A stretch of DNA of 64,000 bases, from positions 15,425,807 to 15,489,806 of the forward strand of contig NC_134031.1 in assembly GCF_964204645.1 (NCBI RefSeq). Reading direction: 5' to 3'. The notes beneath the pieces are model-generated. The model made no database searches, was not told where the DNA came from, and saw only the letters and a list, made by a program, of their open reading frames with translations. The translations under genes and the position numbers were made by a program. How positions within the stretch are numbered: position 1 is the stretch's first letter; every line of letters begins with the position of its first letter. Below, in pieces: positions 1-13,690 of this stretch. This DNA comes from Tubulanus polymorphus. Its lineage: Eukaryota; Animalia; Nemertea.

Positions 1-193
1 GAATTACTCCGCCAATTTCTATATCTATCTATTAACCGGGAAAGAAGTTCGTGATTCCGCAAAGCAGCTTATTTGCTGCACGAAAAGTCGGTGAAAGTAT
101 TCAGCTCCCCTGTTGTATTAAGTACATGAACATTGTATATTGTAAAACTGTCCATCACAAAACGTCTGATGACAGCTCAACCGCTCACTCTAT

Positions 194-398
194 CAGGGGC
201 GGATCCGGGGCGGACTTTGACAGGAGCACAATGAAATGAAATGGGCATAAAACAAGTGTCTGGAGAATTATGAAATTGAATCTTGCTCATTGTGGGAGGA
301 AAAAGTGCCCTGAAAAATATTGCTATCGTATTTTCAAATAGGGACAGGAAAATCGCGATGGAGCGTGTGCTCTTTGTGCCCGGCTGGATCCGCCCCTG
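194..398. mobile_element. MITE with CAGGGGCGGATCC termini
   Basis: caggggcggatcc...ggatccgcccctg inverted ends; absent from the paralogous flank of tubulin 2 (~7345-7360). Confidence 0.65.
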
Positions 399-936
399 GT
401 AACTGTTGCGCTGATGCTGTTAATTTCCCGCCACTTTTTGCGTTTGATATTTGAAGCGATAGACACTGACTTCCTTACCGACACAGAGACCGTGGGATTC
501 ATTGCTCGAATAAGTTGAATGGTTTTGATTTATGAAATAAGATGTTCGGCATTATCCTTATCCTTAACATCAGATCATGATGCGTTTGTATCTATCCTCA
601 TATGGGATGTTCCTGCAGAAATGTTAGTTCGAATCCTGCTGATTGCAGTGTAAAAGAAATGTGGGTTCGAATCCAACAATGCGATGGAATTTTGAAATCC
701 TGGTATGACCTGTGCGAGATCTAAGAATGTGTGAAGATAAGCTTTGAAATATATATTTGCTTTTTATTCTGCACCCAACAGACGAAAATGAATAAATTAG
801 TTAACAAAAATAAATATATACGGCTTGAAACAACTACGGGCAGCAGGAATAGATGAACAAAATAATTTCATTTTTGGTCCATCAGTACTTGTTAGAAGTA
901 CATCTAATTCACATTTCCTGAGAACGTGTGAACAGT

Positions 937-2773
<1,837 letters not shown>

Positions 2774-2859
2774 GTTGGCTGGTTAGATTTGAAGATTCTT
2801 GGCGAGTTGTGAACCTTTAGGTGTTTATTGACACTACTGATATCCGTCACTAGCGGGCT

Positions 2860-2965
2860 ATGGGTTTTATAGTAAAGTCGTTGCCACCTTTGAATGTTTT
2901 GTTTATTGTCGCTATGACACTGTGTAAGTCCGAACACGTTGATAGTAGGCGGTCAACCAATGGTT
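2860..2965 (-). promoter_or_regulatory. Beta-tubulin 1 proximal promoter (TATA, forkhead-like, X-box-like, CCAAT motifs)
   Basis: CTATAAAA on the - strand at 2865-2872, TGTTTA 2900-2905, GTCGCTATGACAC 2908-2920, CCAAT ~2957; all conserved upstream of copy 2. Confidence 0.55.
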
Positions 2966-4769
2966 TTCAATTGGTCTAGCCATGTCCGCTCGAGTGGCCT
3001 CCGTCAATTTCTCATTGATTAAAAATCTTCAGTAGGATTTATGATGGATTACAGTTTGTTCAAAGCGATACGAGGTTAATCGCCTCTAAATCGACAAGGA
3101 ATCTTGTGGCGTAATATTAAAACAAGAAAACTGTAACTTGAATGTTTTTTGTCGCCTTTTGAAATATGACACATATATGTCATAATGTCCACAACATTTC
3201 CACGATAAATAAAATGATTTAGAATTATATGATATTAGTAAAGGATCAATTAGGTTATCCTATGAATATATCGATAATTTAAATGAATTTCACGGCAACC
3301 AGTATAGCCCCATTGTATTGATGACGTAGTGCACATCCTCTCAAAATATATGATCAAAATTATTTGAAAATGAAATTAGAGTTATGAAATATGTTTAATC
3401 ACAAAATAAACGCCAAAGTTCTAATTGTTATATTAGAACGCCAAGATTGATGCACATCTACTCTCACAGAACCGCTTAAATAGCGCATACTGGGTATCAG
3501 TGTATAAAAACATTATTGTGTCGGTTTTTACGGTTGACCAATTTGAATATCAAGTCTGCAAGAAGAAAAAATCGAAATCTGTGCAGGAAAAATGCATTAG
3601 AATATTTAAAGATGGGCTAGATATAAAATTAAATGTTGTGGGATTTCAACACTTTTCGTCTTATCCATGGGTGTCCCTAGGGGCGTTCGGTAGTTCGAAC
3701 GAACCCCTTTTTGGATTTTCAAACGTCGGCACATGGTCTGCATTTGCTAATTTAGCAAAATAAAATCAATAAATCCAAAGTAAACAGGAACCAGTCTACC
3801 AATCGGCCTTAGATTGCACCAGAACGCGCCTGCTTGCACGAAATGTTCAAACATTTTCTGGGGAGGACCCCCACATCCCCTCTATTCCTAAAAAGGCACT
3901 CCCCAAAAAAATCCTGTGGTCGCCCATGTTATCACGAATATTGTGATCAACTGATCCATCTTGTTTGCTACCCACGGATCTTCGATTGCTTTTTTTCAGT
4001 TTTTTCATGTTGGTCTTTCCGCGTCTGGTCATTTGAGACTGAAGAATGGTGGTAGAAACCACCTGAAATATTTCTTTGTTTTCAGTAAACGTTTTAGTTA
4101 TTCATTCTATTATTGTGGGATTTTACACTTGTAAACTTAAACTGTTCGGATTTCGACCGCGTGCATCGTATGTGAATCATATATTATCGGTTAGCTTATA
4201 GCAGATCAAAAACTTGCTTACAAATCCGTATTTGGCTAAATTACTAAAGATTACGCATTTCAATCAAGATCTATAATTATCTATTACGTTTGATAGCTTG
4301 ACTAGTCTCGCTCTGTCGGCTGCAACTCAAATTTTCTCATACCATATCGTGTTTGGATCAAACCATGCATAAACTATGTTGATTATTATCATTATAAGTA
4401 CAGTTTTACTTTACTATCAATAAATTGTCATAATCGCGTTGTCATGTCACTACTTCTAAGTTGTATCAGTCATTCATACTTTTTTCATATAGTTGCACAT
4501 ATTATTTTTTTCTTCATTCGCGTGTTTGGCTAGTTCATACTTTTTTCATATAGTCGCACATATTATTTTTTCTTCATTCGCATGTTTGGCTAGTTTATGA
4601 AGTTGACTCAGCCCTGTAGCACCAATCGTTATTGTGTATAAAACTGTAGATAATCAACATATATTATTTACTGACACCACATGTATCTTGATAATACCAG
4701 CAGAAATCACCTTTTTTAGAAATATTTTTCTAATACGTAAGTGTTCGGGAAATGAAAAGTTTACCGAAA

Positions 4770-6190
4770 AAGAAATGGATGAAAAACAGATAAACTTTCA
4801 ACAATTAATTGATGATGATGTAGAACTATCGAACAATGAATGTCCTTATTTGGAGCTATTCCAGTGTGCATCTAGATATATGAAACATCGAACAGAATTT
4901 GTCTAGTATATACATGAACCTATGGTGGCTGATAAGGGCCATAGCGTAAAATTCCTGGTATGTAAATGAGGGCGCCAGAACGCCAGAACGCCAAAACGAA
5001 AAAAAACGTCCAATTTTCTCTTGGCGCGCCAAAACGAACTTTTAGAGAAATTTCGACGTTTTTCGTTGTTTTGGCGGGGGCGCCAAAACGAAAGTTCGTT
5101 TTGGCGGGGGCGCCAAAATGAAAGTTCGTTTTGGCGGGGGCGCCAAAACGGAATTTTCTTTGTTTTGGCGCGCCAAAACGAACTTTTAGAGACATTTCGA
5201 CGTTTTTCGTTGTTTTGGCGGGGGCGCCAAAACGAAAGTTCGTTTTGGCGGGGGCGCCAAAATGAAAGTTCGTTTTGGCGGGGGCGCCAAAACGGAATTT
5301 TCTTTGTTTTGGCGCGCCAAAACGAACTTTTAGAGAAATTTCGACGTTTTTCGTTGTTTTGGCGGGGGCGCCAAAATGAAAGTTCGTTTTGGCGGGGGCG
5401 CCAAAACGGAATTTTCTTTGTTTTGGCGCGCCAAAACGAACTTTCAGAGAAAATTGGACGTTTTTTTTCGTTTTGGCGTTCTGGCGTTCTGGCGCCCTCA
5501 TTTACATACCAGGAATTTTACGCTATGGCCCTTATCAGCCACCATATGAACCAGTAGATCAGTTTCAAGATCAAAATGTAGAATTTGACGCAATTTTACT
5601 TTGTGAAACTATTGATAAAATCACATAACAAATAGATAAAGAACAGGCGTCGGAGGCAATTTTTGATTGAAGCGTCCAACATATACAGGGTCCCCCATGC
5701 TTTACGTGTCATATGATGCTTAAATGAATATGACAATGAAGAAAAAATATGGTCGGCAGAAATATTGGGGTGGCCAAAGCCACTGTGGCGATTTGTGAGT
5801 TGTTTCCTTTAGGTAACTCTACCGAAAGACAAAACAAACAAACAATTATTATTCTTTGAGAAGTATATCGAGTTCAAGGATCAAAAGTGAAAGAATTTCT
5901 ATTGATGATTATTCTGATGCCTAAATCAGAGAGGAAGGCAATATCAATTGTAACAGATCAAAATCTGGACGATTTAAAAATACAACCGCACAGAAATACT
6001 ACGCAATTTTTGGAATAAAGATCTAAACAGAAATTTCTTACCCGCATTGTAAAACCAACTAGAATAACACAGAATACAACAGCCGTGCTGGTTGATTATA
6101 TTCATCTTACAGATAACTTCTCCTAATTTAAATCCAGTATATCTTCCCAGATATCTGACCATTTACACCTTCATTTGTAATCATCTTTTT
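4770..6190 (+). pseudogene. Decayed CR1/L2-like LINE endonuclease (APE) fragment, split by the foldback element
   Basis: Broken frames give VEFDAILLCET (~5578-5610) and KPTRITQNTTAVLVDYI...SDH (~6050-6162), APE-type motifs. Confidence 0.55.
4921..5546. mobile_element. Foldback/MITE: ~100-bp TIRs, TGAACC target duplication, internal higher-order tandem array
   Basis: 4921-5020 is the reverse complement of ~5447-5546; TGAACC at 4915-4920 and 5547-5552; interior built of 144/144/114-bp units of GGCG...CGCC palindromes. Confidence 0.9.
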
Positions 6191-6399
6191 TGTCTGCTGA
6201 AATCTTAAAATTTATTTCTACTTTATTTATATTTTGGTTAGTACAAGATCATTTTACTGGGTAACATAATAGAAATTGCTGCATCCCATAAATGATTATC
6301 TTTTCGCTTTGTTTTCTTTTTGTGAGGAAAAACATCTCGATGGATCTGTCGTTTTCAGCCCGGAGGATAAATAATCAATCGTGACACAGCTCGTAAAAC

Positions 6400-6439
6400 C
6401 ATGGACGTATAAACTAGATATCTAGTTTATACGTCCATG
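6400..6439. mobile_element. 40-bp perfectly palindromic mini-element with 7-bp TSD
   Basis: catggacgtataaactagatatctagtttatacgtccatg flanked by gtaaaac on both sides. Confidence 0.7.
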
Positions 6440-6884
6440 GTAAAACCAAACGCTTCCTTCATATTATTTGGCCAAGAGAAGAAGGCAGTGTACCAATGTA
6501 CCATAGAAATAGCTAGCACCCTGTTCAGCCTGGGCGAACTTCGGTCGACGAGTTAGGCGACTAGACGAAACCGACTGTCAGTTAGTCAGTCCGAACTATG
6601 GTCCGGAAATAGTCGAACACGCGTTTGGGGTCGGTCGCTGAAGTTCGGACCCAAGTCCAAGATGGCCGACACCGTAAGTACGTAACGACCGAACTATAGT
6701 GCGTTCGGTTTATTAGTTCCGACCACTAGTCGACTAGCTACGAAAACCGAGGTTGGCCCCGAATAATGCTGCCAATTTCTATATCTATCAAGCGGGAAAG
6801 AAGTGCGTGATTCCGCAAAGCAGCTTATTTGCTGCATGAAATGTCGATATGTAGATTTAGGTCCCCTGTTGCAGTATGTGTACA

Positions 6885-7330
6885 AAATATGTAAGCTCAT
6901 GTCCACCAATGTCAGAAAATAGAGGACGAGCTCCATTTTGTTGTGGCTTGCGGCAACCAATCCTGGACAAACTATCTTAATTCATCCACAATCAAAGTCC
7001 CTCAATACTCAAGAAAAATTTGTAATCCTTCTAACAGACTGTTATCTACAAAAAGACATTGAAAAATTCATCTCTGAAGGCTTTGATAGAATGCAATCAT
7101 TTAAGTATATGTTTAGTCTTCATAATAACTTCTTAGGTTTCTTTACCACTGTATAACTATTACCAAGGTATAAGTAATAAGTGTATATAATAACTTGCGT
7201 TCTTTTTCTCAAATTTGTCTGTTATCATTGTTAACCTATTATATCTTATTTTTATACTCTGTATGTCACAGTCCGTAAGGATTTTTGAATACAATAAGGA
7301 GTCCTTTTGAATTGAATTGTCGTGAAAATC
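6885..7330 (+). mobile_element. Decayed LINE 3' end inserted downstream of tubulin 2
   Basis: ICKL...IEDELHFVVAC-like C-terminal zinc-knuckle remnant near 6890-6955; segment missing from the paralogous flank of tubulin 1. Confidence 0.5.
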
Positions 7331-7853
7331 GTAGTTATTCAGACGACAGCTCACTTTGTAACTGATGTGCTGATGCTGGCAGTTTTCTGCAACTTATTTG
7401 TGACATTTGAAGAATGGATGATTAGTTCTTCTGAACACAATGACGTATTACATTGTATTTACGTAACTTCGTATGGACTTCAACTACGCGACAAGTCCCC
7501 GCGGGTGCTATCGATGTAATGTTCCGCGTATCCTCATGACAAACAACCTCAGAAACGACGAGGTTCCGCAAAATGTGGGTTCGAATCCAAAAATAAGGTG
7601 AATCTCCTGTTTTGCCATCTACGAGATCTGAGAATGTATGAAAATAAGCTTTGAAATATGTATTTGTTTTTTTATTCTGCACCCAACAGACGAAAATTGA
7701 TAAATTAGTTAACAAAAATAAATATAAACGATTTGTAACAAAAGTAGTATTTACGGGCAGCAGGAATAGATGAACAAAATAATTTCATTTTTGGTCCATC
7801 AGTACTTGTTAGAAGTACATTTAATTCACATTTCCTGAGAACGTGTGAACAGT

Positions 7854-9728
<1,875 letters not shown>

Positions 9729-9814
9729 GTTGGCTGGTTAGATTCGAAGATTCTTGGCGAGTTGTGAACCTTTAGGTGTTTATTGACACTACTGATGTCC
9801 GTCACTAGTGGGCT

Positions 9815-9926
9815 ATGGGTTTTATAGTAAAGTCGTTGCTATCTTGGAATGTTTTGTGTTTTGTTTATTGTCGCCATGACACTGTGTAAGTCCGAACACG
9901 TTTACAGTAGGTGGTCAACCAATGGT
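9815..9926 (-). promoter_or_regulatory. Beta-tubulin 2 proximal promoter
   Basis: Paralogous to 2860-2965: TATA, TGTTTA 9862-9867, GTCGCCATGACAC 9870-9882, CCAAT ~9919. Confidence 0.55.
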
Positions 9927-10260
9927 CTTTATAGCTTTTATGAGTCGCCATCTGCTTGACCAATTATCAACCCGAATGCCTGTCCATACTCGTGTTCACG
10001 CTTATGATAACGTATGTACGTCAACTATATATATCAGAAAATTCCGGCATTCTACACAATACAATCTCGTCGAATACCTCAAATGCGGATTACGAATCTA
10101 ATCCTGTCCAGAGTTGTTTGTGGCATTAACTGTGACCGGCGGTTTCCTTAGTGACCCGCTATTTAAAGACTTACAATAATATCAATCCACGAAACCGTAG
10201 CTGGCCCGTTTGAAAAGAGATTTCTTTATTTTTGAATTTGCCCGGATAGTTAGATCTGAC

Positions 10261-10296
10261 CTACGAGCAATTATCTGAACAGATAATTGCTCGTAG
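10261..10296. mobile_element. 36-bp palindromic mini-element with 7-bp TSD
   Basis: ctacgagcaattatctg-aa-cagataattgctcgtag flanked by atctgac on both sides. Confidence 0.65.
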
Positions 10297-10748
10297 ATCT
10301 GACATACAACCAACTGTAATAGATATTCGATCACAAGTTCCAGTAAATAAAGGTTTACTGTTTCTTGATATTTCTCTACTGGGCCCGGGTTTCTTGGCCG
10401 TGATATGTTTAAGTGGCTGATCGGTGTAGTTTGGATCAGGGAGGTGGGAGTGACGGAATTACCTGACTAACACCTCCCTGTTTGGATAGTACGAGCAATG
10501 AACTTGCTCTTAGCTTGTTGTCCGATGCAGGGGGCTTTCTACTCATCACTTGCCACTATGTATTATTGCTGATACCACGGTAAATGAGTCTAAATAATTG
10601 AGTGTCAATCTATTCTTCAATTATAAGTGCATTGTGATTGACCTCCTGTGAGCTCGCGTGGAGGTCCAGTTCCTCCCAGGGTAATGAAATGAATTATCAA
10701 TACACCAATAACAATAACAATACAGTAATAAACTTTATTGTCCCTTAA

Positions 10749-11213
10749 AGCTAAGCATACATCGACAAAGCGACTGGAGACAACTAGTTGCTAGTGAGCG
10801 AGTACCCCGCGCACATCGAAAATTTAGTAAAAACCAGCAACTGCGTGGCTCATGCCGGTCGCTAGGTCCATAGCGCACACATCGACAGCAACTGAGATGT
10901 GGTTTAGCAAATATTCTTGAGGGCATCACAAGTCACGTGACAAATAGCTTTGTTTTATTCAGTTACAACCATGTGTTGTTGATTATGGAGCGCTCACATC
11001 GACGGATATGACTGTGATTGAGTACAACTAGTTGCTCAAAAGTAGAACATGAGCAACTGGGTGGAACTGGAGATAGATGGACGCTAACCAGTCGTAAGCT
11101 CGCTCACATCGACAAATTCGAGCAACTGATTGTATCCAGCCAGTTGCTCTCATGCGCCGAAAACTACCTGGCAACTAGTTGTCTCCAATCGCAGTGTCGA
11201 TGTGCGCTAGGCT
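10749..11213. mobile_element. MITE (TTAA/TAA-flanked; Kolobok- or Harbinger-like)
   Basis: ~45-bp imperfect TIRs (agctaagcatacatcgac.../...gtcgatgtgcgctaggct), TTAA on both sides, internal cacatcgac subrepeats. Confidence 0.7.
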
Positions 11214-11217
11214 TTAA

Positions 11218-11865
11218 TGTTACATAACATCATCGGTAAAAGAAATACAATAAAGCAATAAATACACAGTACAAAAATATAGAAAGTGTAATACAAAGAA
11301 CACAAAAAACAAACAAACAAAAACAAGCACAAGAAAAGACCGGTAGGGTATATATACATTACAATGTATATACCCTATTGGCTCATCCTCGTTTGCCAGG
11401 GTCCAACGACCTAACTGAATGCTTCGGCGGGAGACGGTCAGGTGAGGATGAGAGGTTAAATGCGGCATACAATATACGATACAGTCATTTACTTAAAAAG
11501 CAAGAAACAGCCGAATGATACTATCGAATTGATAGGCCTGAGAATCTACAAGGATTTCAAAATACTACCCCGTTCCGAAGTTAAAGAATTTACTAGATCG
11601 CAAACTATGCTCCCTACTTCGCGGTCGTTTGAATTATTTGACGACAGGAAGAAAAATTTTTGCGCAGAGGAGAGAGCGTCGAACTCCCGGATTTTCAAAA
11701 AAAGAGCTCTCTTCGAATTTAGCGCTGAACAGTCTAAAATAAAGTGTTTTTCATCTTCCACCTGGCCATTAGTGCTGGAGACAGATTTACACAGTAAGTA
11801 GATTCTATTTGCCACAGGGATTTTGGGTCATGCATATCTGTCTGATTCAATTTGGAGGTGACGCG
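11218..11865 (-). mobile_element. LINE 3' fragment (RTE-X/CR1-like C-terminus and 3' UTR)
   Basis: PKIPVANRIYLLC...VEDEKHFILDC zinc-knuckle-like C-terminus; tail continues to ~10700 across the MITE. Confidence 0.65.
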
Positions 11866-12069
11866 GAGGCCTTTGGTTCAGCCGTCACTGGAATGCTGCA
11901 GATCGCAATCGCAAGAGCAGTTAAATGGTGTATGATGGAACGTACGGTTATTTCCTTGATATTTTGAAGCCGAGCAGGCACGTTTTTATGTCTCGTCTCT
12001 TAACTCATTATGGAACGAGTCAGTCAATAGCAACAACATTGAGAAACTGCAAAAAAGGCTTAATTCTTA

Positions 12070-13210
12070 CAGTTGGTTTCATGAAATCGATCGAATAGAG
12101 TATAATGGTCACTGCTATAAGGGGTGATAGAGTGAGAACAAGACGTGTACGCGTGCACGTTTCTTTGAGAATCTTGGATAAGGTGTTCTACAAAATCCGG
12201 TAAACCGTAAGAGCTTTCTTCTTAGCCGAAGTGATGTTTTCTTCGGTTGCTTCCGCCAATCAAGTTCAAGTTCAAGTTCAAGTTCAAATTTATTTCACAG
12301 AAAGCATGACAGGCTATGTACACAGGTTGAGAGAAAACAAACAATAAAATTTACAATTTTTTTAAACAAAGCACAATTATAAAAAGAGAGAGAGAACAGT
12401 AGCTTTCAGTGTGGGCCAAGCAAAGCCTTTAGGCCGCTGTCGCAAGCACCCAGGGGAAAAAAACGAAAGAGAAATGAAAGAAATAAAGGGGAAGGAAATG
12501 AGAGTTGATGATTTTTGATAAATCGCCCTTCGTTTGGGTGAAACATGTTATTTTTTCTCTTATTCCCATGTTGGGCTAGTTTATGAGCCATGTCGCTCAC
12601 GGTGATTGTCGGTTGATGCTTCATCGATAATACCACGTCGACGTGGTCCCTTACACTTTCACCTCTCAAGAGAAATTTAATTCCGTTACTCAGTGCGGAC
12701 AACTTGCCGCTAACCAACCACCTGTAAGATAAAACAAAACAATTTTAAATATTCTTAACACTTAACCATTCTTATTTTAGTAGGACTTATGTAATAAAGT
12801 TTGCAACATTGTTGTCTCATTGCCGGATCACCGTCGTTGATGGCTCGATGAGGAGGAAGGGGTTAATTCAAATGTAAGTTTCATGAATGTGTAAGCGTAT
12901 GTTGGACCAGGGAAGTGATCACACTTCCCTGGTTGGACATACGCTTACACATTCATGCAACTTACATTTGAATCGAGACGTGAAGTAGCATGTCGGACAG
13001 TATTCAAGACTTGCGGTAGCCCCTCCAACTGTTGTTTCCAACTGTAATTCAAGTGAGGGTGCTATACTTTTCGCGGCATGCATTTGATATTTCTTACCAG
13101 AGGATCCCCACAGCTTAACGAATTTCTTTACCATTTCTTGATTTCCAAAAATATGCTGTTGTAATCGTTTGATATTATCGATTTTGAGGAGATCAGTCTT
13201 AAGCAAAAAT
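12070..13210 (-). pseudogene. Decayed intron-containing HMGXB3-like / KDZ-type transposase
   Basis: Spliced reading FVKLWGSS|GGWLAASCPH*..GIKFLLRGESVRDHVD...SDMAH...HPNEGR|LAEATEENI...HYTLFDRFHETN; GT-AG intron 13097-12722; stop and frameshifts. Confidence 0.65.
12260..12522 (-). mobile_element. Retroposon 3' tail with (TTGAAC)n end inserted into the KDZ-like ORF
   Basis: (caagtt)x4 at 12261-12287; removing the segment rejoins EGR|LAEAT. Confidence 0.55.
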
Positions 13211-13690
13211 GTTACGCACTTTCATGAAATATATATGGTATACCATGGGCTTGTAAATGCCACTTAAAGAATATAGATATTGTATTACTTCTCTCTCTCC
13301 ATTATAGTTTGTTTTTTCTTTATTGCATGTGCATCGGCCCGCTTGGTTTGTGTGGCCTAAGATTTACAATCTTATACTTTGGATTTATGATGAATAAATT
13401 GAAATTGAGCTACCTAAAAATTAGAAATTATCCTAAGTAGCAAATGTTATTCAGTTCAACTATTCACCGTAGGCATGGGGGAATTATTTTTACTTGACTA
13501 AGCGACCCGCGATGAATACTCGTAAAAATGATTCTCGGCGCTAATTAAAGCGACATCTTTATACCGTACGGTGCTGCCCTCAGTTCCAAATAGCTACTTC
13601 ATTGAATTGATTCTAAATCTTAGAAATCTCATTTAAAATAGTGTTTTATCCGATTCCAGGCGTTGTCAAATGTTTTAAACAGCCTCAAAC

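Noticed and set aside
5021-5446. CRISPR-like array of palindromic repeats, and ORFs 4920-5501 / 5021-5557
   Set aside because: Spacers are short and themselves repeated, there are no cas genes, the context is eukaryotic and the array lies inside TIRs; the ORFs are repeat artefacts.
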